32,000 nucleotides of DNA. Source: an uncultured Exiguobacterium sp. (lineage in GTDB: Bacteria; Bacillota; Bacilli; Exiguobacteriales; Exiguobacteriaceae). A program made the position numbers and the translations under genes. The stretch lies in the NCBI RefSeq assembly GCF_913775715.1, contig NZ_CAJYMC010000001.1; one strand, 5' to 3'. The notes under the pieces were generated by a model. That model ran no database searches and had not been told where the DNA came from. It saw nothing but the letters and a program-made list of their open reading frames with translations. This document shows, piece by piece, positions 17,568-28,200 of this stretch. The first letter of the stretch is position 1. Each line of letters opens with the position of its first letter.

Positions 17568-18421
17568 GTTTGATCTCCTCCTTTGATTTGTTGTACGGTA
17601 ACACTCCAGTCATTTCCGATTCCAACTTCAAATGCATGCGCAAACGAACCTTGATTCAAGGCAAGAGCAATCTGATCCAGCGAATTGATGTAAACGACAC
17701 CTGAACCGACTGGCACATCGGCGAACGAATGACCAAAGAGCAGTGTCTGTTCATAGACAATTCGTTCCCGATACGAAATCATTACCTTGACGTGGCTACC
17801 GATGTCGAGACCCGCCTGACGGACGAGAGCGACCGGAATATTCGTCCAGACATTTCCGAAGCGAACATCGAGAATCTCGACGATACCAGTAACACCGCTG
17901 TTCGACGACGAGGCAACTGTCCGGTCGAGCAAAACGATGTCCGAAGCAGGTAAAACGGGTCCTACTTCCTCGAAGGTGATGACATGACTCGATAATCGAG
18001 CACCCGTGAAAGCAAAGATATCCCGTCCGTGGAACGTATACGATTCCCCCATCCGCGGTAAGCGATGCCGTCGATCATCGAGGTGTCTCACTTCAGCAAT
18101 GTATCCGGCTTGCCACAGGTGCGTCAACGTTCCGTTATCCGGTGTGATGATGTATTGATTCGCATGCGTCCGCGCAACGACACTCTTTCGACTTGATCCG
18201 ACTCCTGGATCAACGACAGAAACGAACACCGTTTGCTCCGTCCAGTACGGCACTGTCTGCAGTAAACGATAGGACGCTTCCCAAATGTGGAACGGTGGAA
18301 TGTCGTGCGTCAAATCAAAAATCCGAATCTCTGGATTGATGCTATGGGCTACCCCATACATCGCACTCACTGCCCCGTCACTCACGCCAAAGTCTGATTG
18401 CAATACCAATGCTTCTGCCAT
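17564..18421 (-). CDS. S-adenosyl-L-methionine hydrolase (adenosine-forming), DUF62 / SAM hydroxide adenosyltransferase family
   Basis: The sequence from ATG 18421 ([16 protein letters not shown]...[13 protein letters not shown]...ITPDNGTLT...FHGRDIFA) matches the DUF62 fluorinase/chlorinase-related family. AGGAGGAGG lies 8 nt upstream. The first 86 codons of the track ORF (to 18679) cover a T-box leader and are rejected. Confidence 0.85.
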   Translation of the reverse strand: MAEALVLQSDFGVSDGAVSAMYGVAHSINPEIRIFDLTHDIPPFHIWEASYRLLQTVPYWTEQTVFVSVVDPGVGSSRKSVVARTHANQYIITPDNGTLTHLWQAGYIAEVRHLDDRRHRLPRMGESYTFHGRDIFAFTGARLSSHVITFEEVGPVLPASDIVLLDRTVASSSNSGVTGIVEILDVRFGNVWTNIPVALVRQAGLDIGSHVKVMISYRERIVYEQTLLFGHSFADVPVGSGVVYINSLDQIALALNQGSFAHAFEVGIGNDWSVTVQQIKGGDQT

Positions 18422-18451
18422 CTCGTCATCCTCCTCCTGCGCGAACGTCCC

Positions 18452-18728
18452 CACAAAAAAAGACACCACGCCCTTATCTCTCAGGACGTGATGTCTGATC
18501 ACGTGGTACCACCTTCGTTCATGGCTCAACTCACGTTCAGCCACCTCTAGGAGTACGAGACTCCATGGAATGCTAACGGTATCCGTCCTACCGGTCGGTT
18601 CTACTAATGAACACGGTTCACGTTCTTCCGACTGCTCCGGGACCATCTTCAAATAACGAAATCGTCTCATTTCCAGCAACAGAGACTCTCTATGGATTTC
18701 TGATCACTTTACTCTTCCCGTCTACGCA
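18452..18728 (-). promoter_or_regulatory. T-box riboswitch leader (probable tRNA-Met specificity)
   Basis: The minus strand carries, in order: Stem I base GUAGACGGGA / UCCCGGAGCA (GA/K-turn); AGAGUA; the AG bay AGAGAG; distal loop GUUGCUGGAAA; specifier loop GAAGAUGG (AUG at 18646-18644); F-box CCGUUA (18579-18574); T-box AACGAAGGUGGUACCACG (18520-18502); antiterminator AGG[UGGUACC]ACGUGAU...AUCACGUCCU; and a competing terminator GACAUCACGUCC / GGGCGUGGUGUC plus U7 (18495-18455). Confidence 0.85.
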
Positions 18729-18759
18729 TATAGATTCAGTTGTCTGAAAATTTAAATTA

Positions 18760-18788
18760 ATAGTACAACCGTTTCATTCCTGACGCAA
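18760..18788 (-). promoter_or_regulatory. Candidate sigma-A promoter of the T-box operon
   Basis: The minus strand reads TTGCGT-(17 nt)-TACTAT, about 30 nt upstream of the Stem I base. Confidence 0.5.
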
Positions 18789-18794
18789 GGTTTT

Positions 18795-19238
18795 TTACTC
18801 AGAAATTTTTAAATTCGTCGTCCGGATCGTTCCCCATGATGACACATCGGCACGTACTTCCAGGGCTTTGGCTTTCTCGTATTGTTTTCCGCTTCCCTGT
18901 TCGACATAATACTGCGTCAACTGTGGAATCGACACGTATTGATCGTAATAATCACCAGCGACACTTCCGAAGAATCGTTCATTCGAAATCCGGTCGATTT
19001 GAGCATAACCAGAAGCATCTGTCTTGAAGCTGACATAGACCCGTCCGTTTTGAATTGTCGGATCTGGTTTTAAATCCGGATATTGAAGCATCACGTATTC
19101 GCCATAAACGGGATCAAACGGATCAAACGGTTCTGCTCGAAAGCGATACGATGTTCCGAACCAGGAGGTCGAAAAAAAACTAACAATCAATAAACCTACG
19201 GCGCACGTCTGCAATATAGGCATGAGATAGCGTTTCAT
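18795..19238 (-). CDS. GDYXXLXY-domain protein (uncharacterised, N-terminal signal/anchor)
   Basis: 147 aa with an N-terminal hydrophobic segment. It contains GEYVMLQY, a close variant of the GDYXXLXY motif, at the expected position. ATGA overlap with the upstream membrane protein gene, the usual partner arrangement. Confidence 0.65.
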   Translation of the reverse strand: MKRYLMPILQTCAVGLLIVSFFSTSWFGTSYRFRAEPFDPFDPVYGEYVMLQYPDLKPDPTIQNGRVYVSFKTDASGYAQIDRISNERFFGSVAGDYYDQYVSIPQLTQYYVEQGSGKQYEKAKALEVRADVSSWGTIRTTNLKISE

Positions 19239-20422
19239 GACGCCACACCTCCTCTACGGCGTAACCACCATAAGACACCAGACAACAGGAAGATGAGGAG
19301 CGCACCGATGAGGAAAAACAAAGACATATTCAAACGATCCCACGCATAGATAACGTATATTGCGATTTGAACGAGAATGAAATAGAGAAAGGCTGGCCAA
19401 ACGACGGCATGACGACGTTCTTGATACAACAGATACAGTAGTGCGGATAGTTCAAAGAGGATGGCGAGTAGAATGGCCTGTTCATCGAGCCACAGGACAC
19501 CGACGAATCCAAGCGGTACGATAAACAATAAGGAGCGACGTTTTTGATAGAGGAAAATTCCCAACCCGATGGATACGATAGCTAGCAGAATCGCTTCTGT
19601 CATGGATGGTAATGCGGCATTTGATTCCGCACGTACAGACAGATAGACGATCGAACTGATGGCAGCGACGACCAGATAGACCATTTCAACGATCCGACGA
19701 TTGGACTCCTCATGAACAAGCCAGAGAACTGGAACAAGTAAAAATAGCGTCCAGACCGGCCATAGGAATCCGTCATACGATACGAGGAGAAACAAGGAGA
19801 GACCACTGAAGAAGAGGAACAGCCAACTAAACAAAAGCGATGGCAGACGTTGACTGAAGTAAAACCAACTGAACGACAACACGACCATCAGACCGAACGA
19901 CGTCCAGTCGAGATAACTCGCCTGCTCCTGACCAAAACCCCCAAGACTCGTAAAGATCGTCCATCCGGAAAGGAAGGCGACGACACCATATGCTTCATGA
20001 CGCCACAGTATATAATGTACTAATGCGGCGACAAACATACACCAACTGAGCAGTGATCCTTCCATCGGCAAGTGAAAACTTTGGACAACAACGAGAATCG
20101 AGGCGCCAAACGCTAGGATTCCACCAATTCGGAAGACGACCGGATGAAGAATACGACGACGTTCCGAAAGATCCGCCATGACGTAACAGCTCCACATGAG
20201 TGCTACGACAAGTCCGATTTTCCAGCCGACCGGCATCGCTTGCCAGTTGGCAGCTAAAAAGCTGAATACAGCCAAGACGACGAAGATCCCTCCAACAATT
20301 AACAAGAGCGGGAGGCGTTGTTTCGTTGAATGTTGCTTTTCGTAATTCATGATTCGTTCGACAGTCGCTTCATCTAACAGACCCGCATCCTGCCACTCAC
20401 GTATCTTGCGTAACTGCTTCAC
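19235..20422 (-). CDS. Polytopic membrane protein, DUF2157-like (usual partner of GDYXXLXY proteins)
   Basis: About 395 aa. A soluble N-terminal helix (LRKIREWQDAGLLDEATVERI) is followed by ~10-11 TM segments. The start is re-called to GTG 20422 (GGAGG 7 nt upstream), because the track GTG 20431 overlaps the SD. The family assignment is from memory of the architecture only. Confidence 0.5.
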   Translation of the reverse strand: MKQLRKIREWQDAGLLDEATVERIMNYEKQHSTKQRLPLLLIVGGIFVVLAVFSFLAANWQAMPVGWKIGLVVALMWSCYVMADLSERRRILHPVVFRIGGILAFGASILVVVQSFHLPMEGSLLSWCMFVAALVHYILWRHEAYGVVAFLSGWTIFTSLGGFGQEQASYLDWTSFGLMVVLSFSWFYFSQRLPSLLFSWLFLFFSGLSLFLLVSYDGFLWPVWTLFLLVPVLWLVHEESNRRIVEMVYLVVAAISSIVYLSVRAESNAALPSMTEAILLAIVSIGLGIFLYQKRRSLLFIVPLGFVGVLWLDEQAILLAILFELSALLYLLYQERRHAVVWPAFLYFILVQIAIYVIYAWDRLNMSLFFLIGALLIFLLSGVLWWLRRRGGVAS

Positions 20423-20543
20423 CGTACCCACCTCCTTCGAAGTGTTAGATATCTATTATTTTCCCGATTTACCCCTGTCTCAAGCCCGAATTCACAGGGA
20501 TTCCAAGCCATTTGTTCAGTTCGTCACAGAATGGTGACAGACG

Positions 20544-20572
20544 AAAAAAGCAAGGAAGACTAGCTTCCTTGC
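20544..20572 (-). terminator. Rho-independent terminator after the MCP gene
   Basis: GCAAGGAAG-ACTAG-CTTCCTTGC form a perfect 9-bp stem. A6 on the plus strand gives U6 on the minus strand. Confidence 0.85.
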
Positions 20573-20589
20573 TTTGTATAATCGATGGG

Positions 20590-22569
20590 TTAGACACGGA
20601 AACGGGCAACGAGTACCTGTAGCTCTTCTGCCATATCGGATAATGCTTTCGCAGATTGCGAAATCTCTTCCATCGCACTCAACTGCTCTTCTGTCGTCGC
20701 TGCGACTTGTTTCGACGCCGACGAATTCTCTTGCGCGATATGGGCGATTTCTGTCGCCGATGCTGATACCTCTTGAACATTCGCTGCAATTTCCTCAACA
20801 GTCGCCGTCACATCTTCGATTCGTGGTGTCATCTCTTGTGTCCGTTCGAGAATCTTCTGGAATCGCTCTGCCGATGCTTCTGTCGTAGACAAGCCAGCTT
20901 TCGTCTGTCCCGAGACTTCCTTCATCATCGTGACGGATTGATCCGTCTCCTGCTTGATGTTTTGAATCAGCTGTGCAATCTGCTTCGTTGAGTCCTGTGA
21001 CTGCTCTGCTAGTTTCCGTACTTCGCTTGCGACGACGGCGAAGCCTTTTCCGTTTTCGCCTGCGCGTGCCGCTTCAATCGCCGCGTTCAATGCCAATAAG
21101 TTCGTTTGTTCGGCAATGCCGTTGATGACATCGACGATTTTTCCAATCTCATTCGAGCGATGTGCGAGTGAACTGATGACACCACCGAAGTTTTGAACGG
21201 AGGCATCGATTTCTTTCATCTGCTGGACGTTTTGCAGTACAGCGACTGTTCCGTTCTCAGCTTCTGTAGCCGTTGAACGTGATAGCTCTGACACGTCCGT
21301 TGAGCTCTCAGCGATTCGCATGATGCCGGCTGTAATCGACTGGAGCGAGACGGCGTTCGCATCGAGTTGACGTTTCGATTGATCCGCCCCTGCTGCGACC
21401 TGTTGAATCGATCCCGCAATTTGTTCCGATGCGGACGTCGTCTGGGCAGAGTTCGCCATCAATTCCTGGGACGAACCGGCCACTTGTGTGATTGACTGAT
21501 CGAGATTAATGATGATCGAGCGGAGTGAGTCGACCATGACGTTAAAGCTTTGTGCGACCTGTCCAACCTCATCGTTTGATTCAACGATGACCGGTTCCGT
21601 CAAATCACCAGATTGAATCCGTTCTGCTCCACGTGTCAAATGACCGAGTGGACGAAGAATCGAGCGAAGGATGAAGTAAATGAAGACGGCTGCGACGAGT
21701 AACATTCCGCCAATGACAGCAAGTGTCGTCCAAAGAATACTCGATGTCGCATCGGTGATTTCATGATCGTATAGTGTTCCAGCAACCTTCCACTTCGTCA
21801 AATCGTTCGTCATGAAGTCCATCTGTTTGCCTTCATTTTCATATTCATACGAAAATTGTCCAGCTGGGTCCGCATAGAGGGGTGCAACCCAGTTCCCTGT
21901 CGCTTTTTCACCTGGTTTTAACGTTGGGTGCGTAACGAACTTCTTATTCGAATCAAGAATCGTGACATAACCCTCTTTACCAATTTTAATCTTTTTCGCG
22001 ATTTCAGCGATCCGGTCGACATCGACATCAATCGCAATCACGCCTCTCCCGTTACCCGTTGTTTGTGAGAGCGTGACCATCATCTTCTTCGAGGCAGCAT
22101 CGACGTATGGATCGGTGATGACGACTTTGCCACCCGCTGCTTCCGCTGATTGATACCAGGAGCGTTCACGTGGATCATAATCCTCTGGCATAACTTGTTC
22201 CGGGAAAATGTTCATATCCCCTTCCGTCGTCGCGAAATAGATATTCGCTGCTTGCGGATGCATGTCGAGGTATTCCGTCATTTTTTCCTTTAACGCTGCA
22301 TTTTGTTTTCCTTTTTGATAAAGCGTCCCGTCAATTCGGTCCGCAAAAAAGGCGACATCGCGTCGCATCGGATCAATGATATTCTGAATTTCATCGTTCA
22401 TCCGATCGACTCCACCGTGAGCTGACTGCAGGATTTGCTCCGTCATCGATTGTTTCGCCTGATTGTAGGCGACAAATCCGATCACGAGCGCTGGAATTAC
22501 TAATAGTAGAATCGATGTCAGTATTAACTTTTGTTTGATACTCATCGTGCGTTTGATCTTTTGTTCCAT
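20590..22569 (-). CDS. Methyl-accepting chemotaxis protein (dCache-type periplasmic sensor + HAMP + MA signalling domain)
   Basis: 659 aa. It has an N-terminal TM segment, a ~260-aa extracellular domain, a second TM segment, HAMP, and the conserved signalling hairpin ([40 protein letters not shown]). Confidence 0.9.
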   Translation of the reverse strand: MEQKIKRTMSIKQKLILTSILLLVIPALVIGFVAYNQAKQSMTEQILQSAHGGVDRMNDEIQNIIDPMRRDVAFFADRIDGTLYQKGKQNAALKEKMTEYLDMHPQAANIYFATTEGDMNIFPEQVMPEDYDPRERSWYQSAEAAGGKVVITDPYVDAASKKMMVTLSQTTGNGRGVIAIDVDVDRIAEIAKKIKIGKEGYVTILDSNKKFVTHPTLKPGEKATGNWVAPLYADPAGQFSYEYENEGKQMDFMTNDLTKWKVAGTLYDHEITDATSSILWTTLAVIGGMLLVAAVFIYFILRSILRPLGHLTRGAERIQSGDLTEPVIVESNDEVGQVAQSFNVMVDSLRSIIINLDQSITQVAGSSQELMANSAQTTSASEQIAGSIQQVAAGADQSKRQLDANAVSLQSITAGIMRIAESSTDVSELSRSTATEAENGTVAVLQNVQQMKEIDASVQNFGGVISSLAHRSNEIGKIVDVINGIAEQTNLLALNAAIEAARAGENGKGFAVVASEVRKLAEQSQDSTKQIAQLIQNIKQETDQSVTMMKEVSGQTKAGLSTTEASAERFQKILERTQEMTPRIEDVTATVEEIAANVQEVSASATEIAHIAQENSSASKQVAATTEEQLSAMEEISQSAKALSDMAEELQVLVARFRV

Positions 22570-22675
22570 GTGTCACTCCATTCTCGAGTGCAAGGACTCG
22601 CTATTCTACCTTCTCTATCGGAAGAATAACGAAAAATGTTCATAGAAAAATCGATAAACGTGTACTCGTTCACAT

Positions 22676-22710
22676 AAAGAAAGACGACTCAGTTCGAGTC
22701 GTCTTTCTTT
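22676..22710. terminator. Terminator hairpin after the rhodanese gene
   Basis: AAAGAAAGACGACTC-AGTTC-GAGTCGTCTTTCTTT form a perfect 15-bp stem with a U-rich 3' arm. Confidence 0.8.
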
Positions 22711-22723
22711 ATAACGCTTACTC

Positions 22724-23023
22724 TTATGCTTCCTGATCGCCCTTCCAGTTCATCATACCGCCTTCGACGTTGACGACATCATATCCGTACTGCTCGAGGA
22801 AACGACCGACGTTTTCGCTCCGTCCGCCCGCTTTACAGATCAAGAAGTAAGTTTCGCCTTCTTGCAATTCCGTATAGCGTTCGCCGATCTCAGACATCGG
22901 AAGAAAGCGGACGTTTGGAATATGTCCTGCATCGTATTCATCCTGCTCTCGAACGTCAACGACGTGCAACGCTTCGCCTGCCTCTAATCGTTCTTGTAAC
23001 TCATCTACATGAATCGTTTTCAT
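22724..23023 (-). CDS. Single-domain rhodanese-like sulfurtransferase
   Basis: 99 aa with the active-site loop CKAGGRS and the HIPNV motif. AGGAGG SD. Confidence 0.85.
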   Translation of the reverse strand: MKTIHVDELQERLEAGEALHVVDVREQDEYDAGHIPNVRFLPMSEIGERYTELQEGETYFLICKAGGRSENVGRFLEQYGYDVVNVEGGMMNWKGDQEA

Positions 23024-23107
23024 TTCGTATGACCTCCTGTATGGTTCTGTCGTAAGTGTAGCAAATCTATCATTAAAACAAAATGAAACGGTTTGATACG
23101 AAGCGTC

Positions 23108-23137
23108 AAAAAAGCGAATCCGTTTCCGGATCCGCTT
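23108..23137 (-). terminator. Rho-independent terminator after the amino-acid permease gene
   Basis: AAGCGAATCCG / CGGATCCGCTT form an 11-bp stem with one mismatch. A6 on the plus strand gives U6 on the minus strand. Confidence 0.75.
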
Positions 23138-23143
23138 GTTTCC

Positions 23144-24520
23144 TTATTCTCCTGATGCCTGACGCGTCGATTGACGTTTCTCTTTATGCATTCCCCGTGC
23201 ATAATAGACAGCAATCAGAATCGCGTACCACAGTGGTCCAACGACCAGAGCGATCCGTGTACTTGCATCAAATGCCATCAAGACAATGACACCTGCTAGC
23301 GCCGCGAGGGCGATGTAGTTGGCAATCGGGAAGAACGGGACACCAAATTCTGCTGAACCGTGTACTTTCCGTGCCCGCATCTGAGCGATCAGAATCATTG
23401 CCCATGTCCAGACAGCTCCGAACGTCGCGATACTCGTAACGATCGCAAAGACGTCTTCCGGTAAGAAGTAGTTCAAAGCGACACCAACGAGCAATGCGAC
23501 ACCTGAAAGAATCGTCGCCAGTGCCGGAACACCGTTTTTCGAGATTTTCGAGAAACGACGTGGTGCTTCACTGTTCTCGGATAAGTTCATCATCATCCGG
23601 GCTGTCGAGAAGATACCCGAGTTACATGACGAGAGTGCAGCCGTTAAAACAACGAAATTGATGATCCCGGCCGCTGACTCAATACCGAGCGATTGAAATA
23701 GTAATACGAACGGACTACTGTTGTTCGCACCGACTTGATCCCACGGATAAATCGATAAAATGACGAAGAGCGCCCCGATGTAGAACACTAAGATTCGAAG
23801 GAAGACGTTGTTGACGGCTTTTCGAATCGTTTTTTTCGGGTTCTTCGCTTCCCCTGCTGTGACCCCAATCACTTCAATTCCTAAGAAGGCAAACATGACC
23901 ATCTGCATGGCAAGAAGTACACCAGTGAATCCGTTAGGCAGGAATCCACCATGTGACCACAGGTTTGAAATTCCAACCGGTGTGCCGCCGTTTCCAAGAC
24001 CAATGACGATCGTCAAAGTTCCTAAGATGATCATGGCGACGATCGCGACGATTTTTATCAACGCAAACCAAAATTCGAATTCACCATAAAATTTAACAGC
24101 AATGAAGTTGATGCTCGTCATCAAGACAAGTGCTGCTAGTGCCCATACCCACCCCTGGGAATCTGGGAACCATACTTTCATGTAAATACCGACTGCTGTG
24201 ATTTCCGCCATACACGTAAAAATCCAGAGTAACCAATAATTCCAACCTGTTAAAAAACCAGCTAATGGACTGACATACTTCCGGGCATATTCCGCAAAAC
24301 TACCAGCTATCGGCTCCCGCACCGCAAGCTCCCCAAGTGCTCGCATGATGATGAAGATGATAATACCACCGATCAGATAACCAAGTAAGATTCCTGGACC
24401 TGCCAGTTGGATCGCTTTCGCTGACCCAAGGAAGAGTCCGACACCGATTGCCGCCCCCAGCGACATCAGTGTAATGTGACGTTCTTCCAGTCCCCGATTC
24501 AACTCTGTCTGTTGTTTCAT
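23144..24520 (-). CDS. Amino acid permease (APC superfamily, AAT family), substrate not assignable
   Basis: 458 aa, 12 TM segments. The N-terminal L.RGL..RHI.LM.LG.AIG.GLFLGS...I..AGP signature is typical of the AroP/AnsP/CycA/GabP-type permease family. Confidence 0.85.
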   Translation of the reverse strand: MKQQTELNRGLEERHITLMSLGAAIGVGLFLGSAKAIQLAGPGILLGYLIGGIIIFIIMRALGELAVREPIAGSFAEYARKYVSPLAGFLTGWNYWLLWIFTCMAEITAVGIYMKVWFPDSQGWVWALAALVLMTSINFIAVKFYGEFEFWFALIKIVAIVAMIILGTLTIVIGLGNGGTPVGISNLWSHGGFLPNGFTGVLLAMQMVMFAFLGIEVIGVTAGEAKNPKKTIRKAVNNVFLRILVFYIGALFVILSIYPWDQVGANNSSPFVLLFQSLGIESAAGIINFVVLTAALSSCNSGIFSTARMMMNLSENSEAPRRFSKISKNGVPALATILSGVALLVGVALNYFLPEDVFAIVTSIATFGAVWTWAMILIAQMRARKVHGSAEFGVPFFPIANYIALAALAGVIVLMAFDASTRIALVVGPLWYAILIAVYYARGMHKEKRQSTRQASGE

Positions 24521-24677
24521 TTTTACGACGTCCTTCCCGTCTCTGTTTGTTTCTTAGCAGTTCCCCGTACCGCTACGTTGTCAGTATAAAGAAGATGTGT
24601 CGATTTTGTAAACGTTTTCAATGTATATTTCTTACTAAATTCACATACTCGGAATATTCTGATTACGATTGCAGTAC

Positions 24678-24723
24678 AAAAAAGGAACCACCTGCTACTA
24701 TGTAGTATACAGGACGGCTCCTT
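24678..24723 (-). terminator. Probable terminator after pbuX
   Basis: AAGGAACCACCTG / CAGGACGGCTCCTT form an imperfect stem with a bulge and G-U pairs. A6 on the plus strand gives a U-tract on the minus strand. Confidence 0.6.
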
Positions 24724-24740
24724 TCGGAAAGTTACAATTG

Positions 24741-26782
<2,042 letters not shown>

Positions 26783-26822
26783 TGCTATACGTTTACGTTT
26801 CGTGATTTTCGTGATGTGTACC

Positions 26823-26850
26823 ATTGTACGGGGTTTAGCGAAAAAGTAAA
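26823..26850 (-). promoter_or_regulatory. Candidate sigma-A promoter of xpt-pbuX
   Basis: The minus strand reads TTTACT-(16)-TACAAT, about 40 nt upstream of the aptamer. Confidence 0.55.
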
Positions 26851-26868
26851 GACTTTTTCACACCGTGC

Positions 26869-27855
26869 TTAGGCTTGGCGTTCTTCGACTGCTTGCGCTG
26901 CCGTGATGATCGCGAGCTTGTAGACATCTTCTTCGTTACAACCGCGTGAAAGATCGTTGACCGGTTTGTTCAAACCTTGAAGGATCGGACCGATTGCTTC
27001 GAATCCACCAAGACGTTGTGCGATTTTGTAGCCAATGTTTCCAGCTTCAAGACTTGGGAAGATGAAGACGTTCGCTTGACCTGCGACATCTGATTCTGGT
27101 GCTTTTGATTTCGCGACGCTTGGAACGAATGCTGCATCGAATTGGAGTTCGCCATCGATTGCAAGCTCTGGTGCACGTTCTTTCGCGATGCGCGTTGCTT
27201 CAACGACGCGCTCTGTCTCTGGTGATTTTGCTGAACCTTTTGTCGAGAAGCTGAGCAATGCCACTTTCGGGTCGATCCCGAATGTTTTTGCTGTTTTCGC
27301 AGATGCAATTGCGTTCTCTGCTAGATCGTTCGCATCTGGTGCGATGTTGATTGCGCAGTCTGCGAAGACGTATTGCTCATCGTCACGTACCATGATGAAG
27401 ACGCCTGATGTTTTTTTATAGCCTTCTTGCATTTTGATGATTTGAAGTGCTGGACGCACTGTATCGCCTGTTGCGTGCATCGCACCCGATACAAGACCTT
27501 CTGCTTGCCCTGTGTGAACGAGCATCGTACCGAACGTGTTCACATCTTTTAAGATGACAGCACGTGCTTGCTCTTCTGTTGCTTTCCCTTTACGACGCTC
27601 AACGAACGATGCGACAAGCTCATCGATTCCAGCGTAAGAAGCAGGATCGATCGTATCAAGTCCCGTGACATCGATTCCGTTCGCTGCTGCTGTTTCTTCG
27701 ATTTGTACACGTGGTCCGATGACGACCGGTGTGACGAGACCATCTTTTTTCAAACGGACAGCTGCGCCAAGAACACGCGCGTCAATTCCTTCTGGGAAGA
27801 CGATTTTCGGTTGGTGCGCTTTAATCTTTTGTTCTAACATATCGAATAATTGCAT
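26869..27855 (-). CDS. pta: Phosphate acetyltransferase
   Basis: 328 aa with full-length similarity to the short Pta family (IVFPEG.D.RVL.AA, GLVSGA.H.T.DT.RPALQIIK, LLSFST.GSA, ANVFIFP.L.AGNIGYKI.QRL). AAAGGAGAG SD. Confidence 0.95.
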   Translation of the reverse strand: MQLFDMLEQKIKAHQPKIVFPEGIDARVLGAAVRLKKDGLVTPVVIGPRVQIEETAAANGIDVTGLDTIDPASYAGIDELVASFVERRKGKATEEQARAVILKDVNTFGTMLVHTGQAEGLVSGAMHATGDTVRPALQIIKMQEGYKKTSGVFIMVRDDEQYVFADCAINIAPDANDLAENAIASAKTAKTFGIDPKVALLSFSTKGSAKSPETERVVEATRIAKERAPELAIDGELQFDAAFVPSVAKSKAPESDVAGQANVFIFPSLEAGNIGYKIAQRLGGFEAIGPILQGLNKPVNDLSRGCNEEDVYKLAIITAAQAVEERQA

Positions 27856-27920
27856 GAGTTTCTCTCCTTTTTAGGTAAACACGACGTCGTCGATTTGATC
27901 GATTTTCTTTTCCATCGTTT

Positions 27921-27948
27921 ATTATACACAGTTCTCAATCGTTGTTAA
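27921..27948 (-). promoter_or_regulatory. Candidate sigma-A promoter of pta
   Basis: The minus strand reads TTAACA-(16)-TATAAT, about 60 nt upstream of the pta start. Confidence 0.55.
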
Positions 27949-28200
27949 AACAATTTGCAAAAAAGTTATCTAACAAAAGCACTGAAGCCATATTCACAGA
28001 CTATTACAGTCATTTTCAAGAATGGTACAGAGACTATTTTCAAACAAAGTAATCTCCACTTCCCCTTTTACCCACTCTCTGCTTTTTTCATGTGTTACGA
28101 TCTCATGGACAAAGACCTTTTCGGGCGAAGCGTTTCAATAGAATGTGATAAGATAGGATATGGAAAAAGACAATTTATTTCAGACTCAGGAGGTCATCCC

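Noticed and set aside
18422-18679. An 86-codon N-terminal extension of the SAM hydrolase ORF (track 17564..18679).
   Set aside because: The region is a T-box leader that includes an intrinsic terminator. A strong SD precedes the internal ATG at 18421, where the DUF62 homology begins.
22570-22660. A SigD promoter upstream of the MCP gene, suggested by the minus-strand TCCGATAG resembling the GCCGATAT -10.
   Set aside because: No TAAA -35 lies at 15-16 nt spacing. There is only a partial -10 match, which is insufficient.
27856-27960. A CcpA cre site near the pta promoter, expected from B. subtilis pta regulation.
   Set aside because: By eye, nothing in this interval approaches the TGWAANCGNTNWCA consensus.
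27955-28200. An 82-codon TTG-initiated extension of chdC.
   Set aside because: It has no SD and its sequence is non-homologous and low-complexity. The family-typical N-terminus and GGAGG are at ATG 28201.
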